Below the pieces are notes generated by a model. That model had not been told where the DNA came from. It was given only the letters and a program-made list of their open reading frames with translations, and ran no database searches. From NCBI GenBank assembly GCA_965232515.1, contig CBDDPY010000002.1, forward strand, positions 1,024,001 through 1,088,000: 64,000 nt of DNA. The letters are read 5' to 3'. Made by a program: the position numbers and the translations under genes. This document shows, piece by piece, positions 10,103 through 19,737 of the stretch (its first letter is position 1; each line of letters begins with the position of its first letter). The stretch comes from Alphaproteobacteria bacterium. Its GTDB lineage: Bacteria > Pseudomonadota > Alphaproteobacteria > GCA-2731375.

Positions 10103-13100
10103 CTAGAACTCTTCCCACTCGTCGTCGGCCTGCTCGGCGACCGCCGCCGCAGCCGCGCCGCCGCCACCGCCGACCGCGGCCACATTCTTCGCCAGCGTCT
10201 GCTGCTGCTGATGCACCGGATTGCCATCTGATCCAGGGTCAGGGGCAGTATCCGGCTCCAGCTCTTCCTCTTTCTCGCCGGTCTTGAAGAAGCGCACCAG
10301 CGTCTTCAGATCGTCGATCTGGCCGGTCATCGAGTGCAGCGCCGCCGTGGTCTCCTCCACCAGGGCCGCGTTCTGCTGCGTCATCTCGTCCATGTTCGAC
10401 ACCGCCGTGCCGACCTCGTCGATGCCCGAAGCCTGCTCCTTGCTGGCCGCGGCGATGTCCGAGATGATGTCCGCCACCTTCTTCACCGAGGTGACGATCT
10501 CCTCCAGTGACGCGCCGGCCTTCTGCACCAGCCCGACGCCGTCGCGCACCTGGCTGTCCGAGTTGCTGATCAGCTCCTTGATCTCCTTCGAGGCCTTGCC
10601 CGAACGCTGCGCCAGCGCCCGGACCTCGGTGGCGACAACGGCGAAGCCCTTGCCGGCTTCGCCGGCCCGCGCCGCCTCGACCGCCGCGTTCAGCGCCAGC
10701 AGGTTGGTCTGGAAGGCGATCTCGTCGATCATGCCCATGATCTCGGTGATCTGCTTCGACGAGCTCTCGATCTTGCTCATGGCGTCCACCGCCGAGGCCA
10801 CGACCTGACCGCCGTTCGACGCCGCGTCGCGGGCGGCGACAGCCAGCTGATTGGCCTGCTGGGCGTTGTCGGCGTTCTGACGCACCGTCGCCGACAGCTC
10901 CTCCATCGAGGCCGCGGTCTCCTCCAGCGACGAGGCCTGCTGCTCGGTGCGCGACGAGAGATCCCCGGCGCCCGACGCGATCTCCGACGTCGCGTCGCTG
11001 ACCGTGCCGGTCGCGCCGACGATCCGCTTGGCGATGCCGCCGATCTTCTCGGCCATCTGGTTCGAGTCGTCCTTGAGCTTCAGGAAGGTGCCCCGATAGT
11101 CGCCTTCGATGCGCCGGGTCAGATCGCCCTGGGCCATGGCCGACATCACCGAGACCGTCTCGTTCAGGCCGCGGTCGACGGTGCCGACCAGCTCGTTCAT
11201 GCCTTTCGCCAGCTCCAGCATGAAGCCCTGCTTGCCGTCTTCCGCCAGCCGCCGGCTGAAGTCGCCCGCGCCGGCCGCCTGTACCAGATCCGCGACCTCG
11301 TCCTCGACGGCCAGTTGCGCCGTTACGTCGGTCCACTGTACCGAGGTGCCGACCCGCTCGCCGTTCGGCCCGAACACCGGCGTCACGATCAAGTCGAAGG
11401 TCAGACCCGCGACTTCGACCCGGCCATTGTGCGGTGCTCGCAACCCATTCAGCAGGTTGCGCTGGTGCGACGGGTTCTTGTGGAACACGTCGATGTTGGT
11501 GCCGATCAGGTTGTTCAGATCGAAGGCCGGCAGCTCCCTGCGGATGTCGCCCTCGCGGCCGCGGAACAGCTCGACCAGCGCCTTGTTGACATAGACGATG
11601 TTGTAGTCGGCGTCCGCGATCATGAAGTTGGCCGACGCCGCATCCAAGGTCGACTTGGCCCGCGCCATCTCCTCCTCGGCCGCCAGCTTGTCGGTGATGT
11701 CGGTCCATTGAACCGAGGTGGCGATACGCTCGCCCTTGTCGTTGAAGGCCGGCGTTACCACCAGATCGAAGGTCACGCCGCCGATCTTCAAACGGCTCAC
11801 ATGCGGGTTGCTCAGGCCGGCCAGGATGCCACGCTGATGCGTCGGGTTCTTGTGGAAGTCGTCGATATTGCTGCCGATCAGGTTCCTGGCGTCGAGATTC
11901 GGCAGATCCTGCCGTAACTCCGCCTCACGGCTTTCGAACAGCTCTTGTGCCGCCTTGTTCATGTAGACGATATTGTAGTCGGCGTCGGCGATCATGAAGT
12001 TGGCCGAGGCCGCGCCCAAAGCCGATTGGGACCGAACCGCTCGAACGCTGGTCTCCTGCAGCGAGATCAACGCGGTCGTCATGGCGCCGATTTCGTCGGC
12101 GCGCTCGGCCGGCGGCACGTCGAACTGCGTATCGCCCTCGGCCAGCCGCGTCATCGCATCGGTCACGGCGTTGATCGGCCGGGTCATGCTTCGCGCAAAC
12201 CACGCGCCGATACAGCCGATCACGACGACGATAGCGGTCGCGACCGCGACCAGGTAAATCAGCAGGTGATTCACCGGCGCCAGCACTTCGGCCTCATCGA
12301 TCTCGGCCATGATGGCCCAGGTCGTGCCGAGGAACTCCAGAGCGCCGTAGGCCGACAGGACGGGAATACCGCGGTAGTCCGGCGTCACCATCACGCCACT
12401 CTCGCCGTCCAAAGCCCGGCGCACCGTCTCGGTGTCGACCTCCACCTTAAGGATGGTCGATTCCTGGGCGAACCGGGAATCGCTTCGCATCAGCCGATCG
12501 CCGCCGACGATATAGGTCTCGCCGCTCTCGCCCATGCCGGCGGCGGTCTGCATCACCTTGTTCAGTCGGTCGATCGGCATCTGGAACACCAGCACGCCCC
12601 GCAGCCGGCCGTCCGCATCCAGGATCGACGACGAAATGAAGCTGGCGGCCGCGCCATGGCTCGGCGCATAGGGTTTGAAGTCAAAGAACTGGTGGCTGTC
12701 GCGTTTCGCCGCATCCCGGGCCGCGCGAAACGCGTTGCCCAGATCGGTTTCCCGCCATTTGCCGGTGTTCACATTGGTCGCGTAGTCCAGCTCCTTGAAG
12801 ACCGTGTAGACCAGGTTGCCGTCGGTATCGAACAGAAAGATGTCGTAGTAGCCCCGTTCGCGCAGAAACGTGCGCAGCCAGGGATGGTATTCGGCGTGCA
12901 CGGCGCTGTAGCGCGAGCCGTCCTCGGCATCGTCGAGGTTTTCCTTCTGGCCCGTCGGATGCGGATTATCGTCGATATAGGCCTTTTGCAGATACGCCGT
13001 CGGCGCCGGCAGCTGGCGCCAAGCCTCTGAAAACGCCTCGAGCGCGGTCAACGCCGTCGGGTTGCTCGACATCGTCCGAAGGTCCTGTCGGATCGATTCG

Positions 13101-13291
13101 AGATAACGCTCCAGATCGTCCTTTTTGGTCGCTTCGAGAGCCGCCAGTTTCTCCGACGCCGCCGCCAACAGGCTTTCCGACGACGTGGTGAAACTGACCA
13201 GTGAGGCAATTGCCGTCGACGCGAACGCCAGCAGCACCATGGTTGTCGTCAGCTTGGCCGCGATCTTGATGTCACGTATCGCGCTGAACAT
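10103..13291 (-). CDS. Membrane-bound Aer2-like chemoreceptor (MCP4): dCache sensor, HAMP, 2x PAS-heme, MA domain, EWEEF
   Basis: dCache motifs (GYYDIFLFDTDGNLVYTVFKELDYAT, DFKPYAPS, GMGESGETYIVG, DYRGIPVLSAY). ATG 13291 is preceded by GGAGG. Confidence 0.92.
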   Translation of the reverse strand: MFSAIRDIKIAAKLTTTMVLLAFASTAIASLVSFTTSSESLLAAASEKLAALEATKKDDLERYLESIRQDLRTMSSNPTALTALEAFSEAWRQLPAPTAYLQKAYIDDNPHPTGQKENLDDAEDGSRYSAVHAEYHPWLRTFLRERGYYDIFLFDTDGNLVYTVFKELDYATNVNTGKWRETDLGNAFRAARDAAKRDSHQFFDFKPYAPSHGAAASFISSSILDADGRLRGVLVFQMPIDRLNKVMQTAAGMGESGETYIVGGDRLMRSDSRFAQESTILKVEVDTETVRRALDGESGVMVTPDYRGIPVLSAYGALEFLGTTWAIMAEIDEAEVLAPVNHLLIYLVAVATAIVVVIGCIGAWFARSMTRPINAVTDAMTRLAEGDTQFDVPPAERADEIGAMTTALISLQETSVRAVRSQSALGAASANFMIADADYNIVYMNKAAQELFESREAELRQDLPNLDARNLIGSNIDDFHKNPTHQRGILAGLSNPHVSRLKIGGVTFDLVVTPAFNDKGERIATSVQWTDITDKLAAEEEMARAKSTLDAASANFMIADADYNIVYVNKALVELFRGREGDIRRELPAFDLNNLIGTNIDVFHKNPSHQRNLLNGLRAPHNGRVEVAGLTFDLIVTPVFGPNGERVGTSVQWTDVTAQLAVEDEVADLVQAAGAGDFSRRLAEDGKQGFMLELAKGMNELVGTVDRGLNETVSVMSAMAQGDLTRRIEGDYRGTFLKLKDDSNQMAEKIGGIAKRIVGATGTVSDATSEIASGAGDLSSRTEQQASSLEETAASMEELSATVRQNADNAQQANQLAVAARDAASNGGQVVASAVDAMSKIESSSKQITEIMGMIDEIAFQTNLLALNAAVEAARAGEAGKGFAVVATEVRALAQRSGKASKEIKELISNSDSQVRDGVGLVQKAGASLEEIVTSVKKVADIISDIAAASKEQASGIDEVGTAVSNMDEMTQQNAALVEETTAALHSMTGQIDDLKTLVRFFKTGEKEEELEPDTAPDPGSDGNPVHQQQQTLAKNVAAVGGGGGAAAAAVAEQADDEWEEF

Positions 13292-13619
13292 CCGTTGTTC
13301 CTCCAATCCTTCGCCTTGCCGCTCATGGTCGAGCCGGCAACCCCATCGGCGTCGTACCGGTGGTGATTTCAGTTATTGAGAATGTTGCGCGCCATCAGGC
13401 CGCATATGAGTGAAATTAATATTAAATTCTTCTAATTTAGAATCTTCTGCGGTAATCGCGCGAACCGGGCCCGCAAACGCCGGCAAAACGGTGACGGAAA
13501 CGCGGATATTTCGACAGAAATCGAAATATCCGAAAATGGCCATTTTCTGCGGAATCTTAAGCCTTGACGCCCCTGTGCATGGGGTTGTTCCCGCGTTTCC
13601 CGGGCGCGATACCCCCCCT

Positions 13620-15242
13620 TCAACCGCCCTTGATAAGGTCGGCGGCCTTCTCGGCGATCATGATCACGGCGGCATTGGTGTTGGCCGAAACCAGCGTCGG
13701 CATAACAGACGCGTCGACCACCCGCAGGCCGTCGAGGCCGTGCACGCGCAGCCGGTCGTCGACCACGGCCAGGGGGTCGCGGCCCATCTTGCAGGTGCCG
13801 ACGGCGTGGTAGACGGTCGAACCGTTGCGGCGGGCATAGTCCAGCCAGTCGGCGTCGCTCTGCACCTCGTCGCCCGGCAGGATCTCGGCCACCCGGTAGC
13901 CGTCGAATGCGGGCGCCTGGCAGAACCGGCGGGCGAGCTTCAGGCCAGCGACCATGGTCTCGCGATCGGACGGGACGCTCAGATAGCCCGGCCGGATCGC
14001 CGGCGGTGTCGCCGGGTCGGCCGACACGATCGTGACGCTGCCGCGGCTGTCCGGCCGGTGCAGCCAGCAGCCGCAGGACATGCCGGGGAAGGGGTCGAGG
14101 CCGCCGGCGATCCCGCCCTCGAAGCTCGCCGGCATGAAGACGTATTGCAGGTCCGGGCTCTCGAGCTCGGGCCGCGAGCGTACCGAGGCGCCGACATGGG
14201 CGACGCTGAGCGCCAGCAGGCCGCGTCGGAAAACCGCGTATTTCGCCAGCTCGCCGAGGAACCGCAGGCCGCGGCTGCGCTCGTTCAGCGTCACCACGTT
14301 CCGCAGCCGGTAGGAGACCCGGGCGACGTAGTGATCCTGGAAGTTGCTGCCGACGCCCGCCAATGCGTGCCGGACCGGGATGCCCAGGTCGGCCAGCAGA
14401 TCCGGCGAACCGATGCCCGAGAGCTGCAGGAGCTGCGGCGAGTTCACCGCGCCGCCCGCGACGATGACTTCGCGGCCGGCCCGGGCGCGCAGGCTGCGGC
14501 CAGCCGCCTGGTAGACGACGCCGGTCGCCCGCCGCCCGTCGAGCGTGATCCGGGTCGTCAGCGCCCGGGTGACGACGCGCAGGTTGGCGCGCCGGCGCGC
14601 GGGCTTCAGGAATGCGGTCGCCGTGCTGCTGCGCCGGCCGTTCGCCATGCATTGCTGGAAGTAACCGACGCCGGCCTGATCGGCGCCGTTATAGTCAGGG
14701 TTCCGCGGCACGCCATGATGCTCAGCCGCGGCGATGAAAGCGTCGCTGATCGCATGCCGCTCGCGGATGTCGGCGACCTGCAGCGGCCCGCCCGCGCCAT
14801 GGAAGGCGTCGCCGCCGCCCTCGCGGTTCTCCGATTTCTTGAAGTAGGGCAGGACCTCGTCATACGACCAGCCGCGGTTGCCGAGCTGTGCCCAGTGGTC
14901 GAAGTCCTGCCGCTGGCCACGCACGTAAAGGTGGCCGTTGATCGAGCTGGAGCCGCCCAGCACCTTGCCGCGCGGAAAGTGGATGGCGCGGTTGCCCGAT
15001 TCGGGTTCCGGTTCGGTGGCGTAGCACCAGTTCACGCGGGCGTCGTCCAGTGTCTTGGTGAAGCCGGCCGGGATGTGAATGAACGGATTGCGGTCCGGAC
15101 CGCCGGCTTCCAACAGCAGCACCGTCGTCTCCGGATCTTCGCTCAACCGGTTGGCCAGCACGCATCCGGCGGAGCCGGCGCCGACGATAATGTAGTCGTA
15201 GGTCTCGGCGGCCGGAACGCCGCCGTTGGTATCCGCTGCCAT
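13620..15242 (-). CDS. GMC family oxidoreductase (choline/alcohol dehydrogenase-like)
   Basis: [45 protein letters not shown]...NTNA. Confidence 0.92.
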   Translation of the reverse strand: MAADTNGGVPAAETYDYIIVGAGSAGCVLANRLSEDPETTVLLLEAGGPDRNPFIHIPAGFTKTLDDARVNWCYATEPEPESGNRAIHFPRGKVLGGSSSINGHLYVRGQRQDFDHWAQLGNRGWSYDEVLPYFKKSENREGGGDAFHGAGGPLQVADIRERHAISDAFIAAAEHHGVPRNPDYNGADQAGVGYFQQCMANGRRSSTATAFLKPARRRANLRVVTRALTTRITLDGRRATGVVYQAAGRSLRARAGREVIVAGGAVNSPQLLQLSGIGSPDLLADLGIPVRHALAGVGSNFQDHYVARVSYRLRNVVTLNERSRGLRFLGELAKYAVFRRGLLALSVAHVGASVRSRPELESPDLQYVFMPASFEGGIAGGLDPFPGMSCGCWLHRPDSRGSVTIVSADPATPPAIRPGYLSVPSDRETMVAGLKLARRFCQAPAFDGYRVAEILPGDEVQSDADWLDYARRNGSTVYHAVGTCKMGRDPLAVVDDRLRVHGLDGLRVVDASVMPTLVSANTNAAVIMIAEKAADLIKGG

Positions 15243-15304
15243 GTGCCTATCCTAGCGCCTCCCACACTCGCGACGCGCGCGCGCAATTGCTATTCTCCGG
15301 CGCC

Positions 15305-15727
15305 ATGGCAAGACAACCGAATTCGACGATCAGGCACCGCCAACGGCCGGTGCTGCTGGTCCGCGACAGCGCCGGCGCCCGCCTGTCCGCGGCCCGCGGG
15401 CTCGCCCGCCGACAAGGCCGGCCGCTGCATCGCGTCGATCTGTCCGCCGCCGGCGACAGCGGCGAGACCGAGAGGATGCTCGATCGCGCCTTCAAGGCGG
15501 CGGCCAATCGGTCGGCGGTGCTGTTCTTCGACGAAGCCGACGCGCTGTTCGGCAAGCGCACCGAGGTGCGCGACTCCCACGACCGCTACGCCAACCTTGA
15601 AGTCGGCTATCTGCTGCAACGGCTCGAGGCCCATCGTGGCATCGTCATCATCGGCGCCAACCGCCGCCAGCACATCGACGACGCGCTGCTGAAACGCTGC
15701 CGCGCAAGCCTGAGGCACGCGGGATGA
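15305..15727 (+). CDS. Small stand-alone AAA+-like domain with degenerate Walker A (possibly a remnant)
   Basis: VLFFDEADALFGKRTEVRDSHDRYANLEVGYLLQRLE and IDDALLKR are intact; the P-loop position reads RDSAGARLS. Confidence 0.65.
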   Translation: MARQPNSTIRHRQRPVLLVRDSAGARLSAARGLARRQGRPLHRVDLSAAGDSGETERMLDRAFKAAANRSAVLFFDEADALFGKRTEVRDSHDRYANLEVGYLLQRLEAHRGIVIIGANRRQHIDDALLKRCRASLRHAG

Positions 15728-15972
15728 GCGATTTCGTGCTGGTCTGGGTGCTGTCCTCGATCGCCATTCTGGTCGCGATCTACCTCATCCGGTCGATACG
15801 CTTCCGCCGCCCGGCGCGGGCATCAGAGATGCATCTGCGCGGCACGCTGGTGTTCTGCGCCGTGTTCGGCGCCATTCCGGCCTTCCTTTACGACACCCAG
15901 TCGCCGCCGCCTGTGGACCTGCCCGAAACGCTGCAGAGCCGGCCGGCGCTGCCGGAAACGACCGGCAACTGA
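15724..15972 (+). CDS. Small two-TM hypothetical membrane protein
   Basis: ATGA overlap with the upstream ORF; two hydrophobic segments and a Pro-rich tail. Confidence 0.6.
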   Translation: MSDFVLVWVLSSIAILVAIYLIRSIRFRRPARASEMHLRGTLVFCAVFGAIPAFLYDTQSPPPVDLPETLQSRPALPETTGN

Positions 15973-16000
15973 CGGTCGCCGATCTCCGCCAGCCGGCGTC

Positions 16001-17176
16001 TCATCCGGCTGCGTGAAAGCGCTTGAAGCCGGCCTCCAGGTCGGCGATCAGATCCTCGACATCTTCCAGGCCGGCATGGAACCGCAGGGTCGGCCCCTCA
16101 TAGGGCCAGGGCTTGGCGCTGCGGAAATTATTCGGCTGCGTGACCAGGACCAGGCTCTCATAGCCGCCCCAAGAGGCCCCCATTCCGTACAGCTCAAGAT
16201 CGTCGACGAGCGCCGCGACCTGGGCATCGGCGCAGGGTTTCAGCGTCACGCCAAACAGACCCGAGGCGCCCAGGAAGTCACGCTTCCACAACGCGTGGCC
16301 CGGGTCGTCGGGCAGGGCGGGGTGCATGACGCACTCGACCTCCGGCCGGCCGCGGAACCACTCGGCCAGCGCCAGCCCCTGCTTCATGTGCTGCCGCAGG
16401 CGCACGCCGATGGTGCGCAGCCCGCGCTGGGCCAGATAGATGTCGTCGGGACCGGCGGTCTGTCCCAGCTCGCGGGTGGTCGGCTCGAGCTGCGGCCAGA
16501 CCTCCTTGGTGGCCGTCACGGTGCCCAGCATCACATCCGAATGTCCGACGATGTATTTCGTCGCGGCCTGGATCGAGACATCGACGCCATGCTCGAACGG
16601 CTTGTAGAACAGCGGCGAGGCCCAGGTATTGTCCATCATAACTATGGCGCCGGCGGCGTGCGCGACCTCGGCAATGGCCGGGATGTCCTGCACCTCGAAC
16701 GTGAGCGACCCCGGACTCTCGACATAGACCAGCCGCGTATTGTCGCGGATCAGATCCTTGATCCCGGCATTGATGAGCGGATCGTAGTAGGTGGTCTCGA
16801 CACCGAACCGGGCCAGGATGCCGTTGCAGAACTTGTGCGTCGGCCCGTAAGCGTTGTCCGTGACCAGCACGTGATCGCCGGCCTTGAGGAAGGCCATCAT
16901 GGCGCAGGCAATGGCGGCCAGGCCCGAGGGATAGACAAGACATCGGTGGCCACCCTCAAGCGCCGCGACCGCATCCTCCAGCGCGTACGACGTGGGCGTA
17001 CCCCAACGCCCATAGACGACGGTGCGCTCTCCGTCGCTACGGGCCTGCTGGGCCGCGCGCAGGTCCGCGAGAGACCGGTGCAGCACCGTCGAGGCGTGAT
17101 AGACGGGAGGGTTAACGATGCCGAAGTTATCGTCTGGATGACGGCCGGCGACCACGATCTTGGTATCGTCTTTCAT
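16001..17176 (-). CDS. metC: Cystathionine beta-lyase
   Basis: VNPPVYHASTV, ESPGSLTFE, DNTW, QAATKYIVGHSD (PLP lysine), SWGGYESL; divergent from aapJ as in rhizobia. Confidence 0.93.
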   Translation of the reverse strand: MKDDTKIVVAGRHPDDNFGIVNPPVYHASTVLHRSLADLRAAQQARSDGERTVVYGRWGTPTSYALEDAVAALEGGHRCLVYPSGLAAIACAMMAFLKAGDHVLVTDNAYGPTHKFCNGILARFGVETTYYDPLINAGIKDLIRDNTRLVYVESPGSLTFEVQDIPAIAEVAHAAGAIVMMDNTWASPLFYKPFEHGVDVSIQAATKYIVGHSDVMLGTVTATKEVWPQLEPTTRELGQTAGPDDIYLAQRGLRTIGVRLRQHMKQGLALAEWFRGRPEVECVMHPALPDDPGHALWKRDFLGASGLFGVTLKPCADAQVAALVDDLELYGMGASWGGYESLVLVTQPNNFRSAKPWPYEGPTLRFHAGLEDVEDLIADLEAGFKRFHAAG

Positions 17177-17442
17177 ACGGTTCTCAACGCTTGCGGGTTT
17201 TCAAGAAAGATACGGCGGGTGAGCCGCATAATGGCATCGGCCCGCGGTCGACACCAGGGCCGCCGCCGTTGCATCGGCGGGCGGATTTTGTTGCAATGCA
17301 GCAAGCATCCGGTTTCTTGTGAGCCCTTGACGAGGTGTGATAGTTTCGTGAACACATGGCTTGCATTAGACGCTTCTGGTGCAACGATAAGAAATCTGCG
17401 CAAATGTGCAGGAACAGGAACTAGAACAGGGAAGGTTCTTAG

Positions 17443-18459
17443 ATGCGATACACGAGCCTAGTCGCCGCTGGCTTTGCGGCAATGTTTGTAGCCGGAACGG
17501 CCAGTGCCGGGACGCTCGACGATATCAAAGCCCGCGGTGAGCTGATTTGCGGCGTCACCACAGGCCTCGCCGGATTTGCGGCCCCGGACGATAAGGGCGA
17601 GTGGGCCGGCTTCGACGTCGATGTCTGCCGCGCCGTGGCCACCGCCATCTTCGGCGATCCGAAAAAGGTCAAGTTCGTGCCGACCACCGGCAAGAGCCGG
17701 TTCCCGGCCCTGCAGTCGGGCGAGGTCGACATGCTGGCCCGGAACACGACCTGGACCTTCGACCGGGACGTCAAGCTCGGCTTCGAGTTCACCGGCATCA
17801 ACTTTTATGACGGTCAGGGCTTCATGGTTCGCAAGGACCTTGGCGTGAAATCGGGTTATGAGCTCGACGGCGCCAGCGTCTGCGTGGCCACCGGCTCGAC
17901 CACCGAGCTCAACCTCGGCGACTTTTTCCGCGCCAACAACATGAGCTATACGCCGGTGGTCTACGAGAAGGCCGACGAAATCCGCACGGCCTATGACGCC
18001 AACCGTTGCGACGTCTACACGACGGACCGGTCCGGTTTGGCGGCACAGCGTTCGGAACTCAGCAATCCCGACGATCACATCGTCCTGCCGGAAGTGATCT
18101 CGAAAGAGCCGCTGGGTCCGTTGGTCCAGCACGGCGATCATCAGTGGGGCGATGTCGTCCGCTGGTCGCTGAACGTCATGATCATCGCCGAAGAACTGGG
18201 CATTACGTCCGCGAACGTCGATGACATGCGCGCCAGTTCGAAGAACCCTGAAATCCGGCGGTTGCTCGGTGTCGAGGGCGAATATGGCCCGCGGCTGGGT
18301 CTGGCGAACGACTGGGCCTACAACGTCATCAAGATGGTCGGCAACTATGCCGAGTCTTATGACCGCAACATCGGTCCGAACACCCCGATCGGACTTGAGC
18401 GCGGCGTGAACGCGCTGTGGACGGACGGCGGCATCCTGTACGCACCGCCGTTCCGCTGA
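17443..18459 (+). CDS. aapJ: General L-amino acid ABC transporter substrate-binding protein
   Basis: Signal peptide, GFDVDVCRAVA, RNTTWT, YDGQGFMV, ISKEPLGP, C-terminal YAPPFR. Confidence 0.93.
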   Translation: MRYTSLVAAGFAAMFVAGTASAGTLDDIKARGELICGVTTGLAGFAAPDDKGEWAGFDVDVCRAVATAIFGDPKKVKFVPTTGKSRFPALQSGEVDMLARNTTWTFDRDVKLGFEFTGINFYDGQGFMVRKDLGVKSGYELDGASVCVATGSTTELNLGDFFRANNMSYTPVVYEKADEIRTAYDANRCDVYTTDRSGLAAQRSELSNPDDHIVLPEVISKEPLGPLVQHGDHQWGDVVRWSLNVMIIAEELGITSANVDDMRASSKNPEIRRLLGVEGEYGPRLGLANDWAYNVIKMVGNYAESYDRNIGPNTPIGLERGVNALWTDGGILYAPPFR

Positions 18460-18473
18460 TCGTAATTTGACGG

Positions 18474-18507
18474 CGAGGCACGCCCGGGACTTGCCGGGCG
18501 TGCCTCG
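18474..18507 (+). other. 14-bp perfect stem-loop between aapJ and aapQ (mRNA stabiliser or attenuator)
   Basis: CGAGGCACGCCCGG-GACTTG-CCGGGCGTGCCTCG with no U-tract. Confidence 0.7.
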
Positions 18508-18545
18508 ATCACCGGCAAGCGATTTTAGCCACATGGGGTGCCGGG

Positions 18546-19733
18546 ATGGCCGTAGCTGACGTCAGCCAATCCTCAGCCAAGGTAAATTGGCTCTACGACG
18601 CGCGCGTGCGCGCGATCTTCTATCAGATCCTCACAATCACGGTCTTCGTCGGATTCATCATCTGGCTGGGCAACAATACCGCCCAGAACCTGGAAGACCG
18701 CGGCATCGCCACCGGTTTCGGCTTCCTCTCGCAGCCCGCCGGATTTGGCGTTCCCTTTTCATTGATCGAATATAGCGAGACGTCGCCTTACTGGGATGCC
18801 TTCGTTCTGAGCGTTCTCAACACGCTCTACATCTCCTTTATCGGCATTGTCCTGGCGACCGTCATCGGCTTCATCTTCGGCGTGATGCGCCTGTCGTCGA
18901 ACTGGATCATCTCCAAGTTCGCCGCCATCTACCTTGAGACGGCGCGGAATATTCCGCTGCTTCTGCAGATCCTGTTCTGGTACTTCGGCGTCCTGACGGC
19001 ACTGCCGCAACTTCGGCAGAGCATCAATATCGGCGACTCGATATTCCTTAACAATCGCGGTCTCTACACGCCATCGCCGATCTTCGGACCGGGTTTCGAA
19101 TTCGTCGTCATCGCCTTTCTGGTCGCCATCATTGGCGTCATCCTGGTCAAGCGTTGGGCGACAAAGCGCCAGGAAGCGACCGGCGAGCAGTTCCCGGTTT
19201 TCTTGACCGCGCTCGGGCTCATCATCGGCCTGCCGCTGCTGGCCTTTGCCGTCACGGGCTTCCCGCTGACCTGGGATTACCCCGAGCTGAAGGGTTTCAA
19301 CTTCCGCGGCGGCGCCGTCATGATCCCGGAGTTCATGGCGTTGCTGGCAGCGCTCACGCTGTATACGGCCGCCTTCATCGGCGAGATCGTGCGCGCCGGT
19401 ATCCAAGCGGTCAGCCACGGCCAGACCGAAGCGGCCTATGCCCTTGGCGTTCGCCCGAGCATCACCATGCGCCTGGTGATCATTCCACAGGCGCTGCGGG
19501 TGATCGTGCCGCCGCTGACCAGCCAGTACCTGAACCTGACCAAGAACTCGTCGCTGGCGGCCGCCATCGGCTATCCGGAGCTGGTCGCAGTCTGGTCCGG
19601 TACTGTGTTGAACCAGACCGGTCAGGCCATCGAATGCATCCTGATGACCATGCTGGTGTACCTGACGATCAGCCTGTCCATCTCGGTGTTCATGAACTGG
19701 TACAACAAGCGCATCGCGCTGGTGGAGAGGTGA
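18546..19733 (+). CDS. aapQ: Amino acid ABC transporter permease
   Basis: RNIPLLLQILFWY, GQTEAA (EAA loop), YLNLTKNSSLA, NQTGQA. Confidence 0.92.
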   Translation: MAVADVSQSSAKVNWLYDARVRAIFYQILTITVFVGFIIWLGNNTAQNLEDRGIATGFGFLSQPAGFGVPFSLIEYSETSPYWDAFVLSVLNTLYISFIGIVLATVIGFIFGVMRLSSNWIISKFAAIYLETARNIPLLLQILFWYFGVLTALPQLRQSINIGDSIFLNNRGLYTPSPIFGPGFEFVVIAFLVAIIGVILVKRWATKRQEATGEQFPVFLTALGLIIGLPLLAFAVTGFPLTWDYPELKGFNFRGGAVMIPEFMALLAALTLYTAAFIGEIVRAGIQAVSHGQTEAAYALGVRPSITMRLVIIPQALRVIVPPLTSQYLNLTKNSSLAAAIGYPELVAVWSGTVLNQTGQAIECILMTMLVYLTISLSISVFMNWYNKRIALVER

Positions 19734-19737
19734 CGAC

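Noticed and set aside
129-13030. Long plus-strand ORFs antisense to the MCP genes, repeated in each copy (and similar ones elsewhere, e.g. 13410-15692, 60822-62381)
   Set aside because: Typical shadow ORFs of high-GC coding DNA. They recur only because the MCP genes are repeats, and they show no protein motifs.
18-13291. MCP repeats as a diversity-generating retroelement, shufflon or CRISPR-like array
   Set aside because: No reverse transcriptase, recombinase or short regular repeat-spacer units. Differences are mostly synonymous and not adenine-specific, and all four ORFs are intact.
13620-15242. betA (choline dehydrogenase)
   Set aside because: Only generic GMC motifs are visible and there are no betB/betI neighbours, so the substrate cannot be assigned.
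17361-17385. NtrC site between metC and aapJ
   Set aside because: Only a half site (TGGTGCA) without a properly spaced partner.
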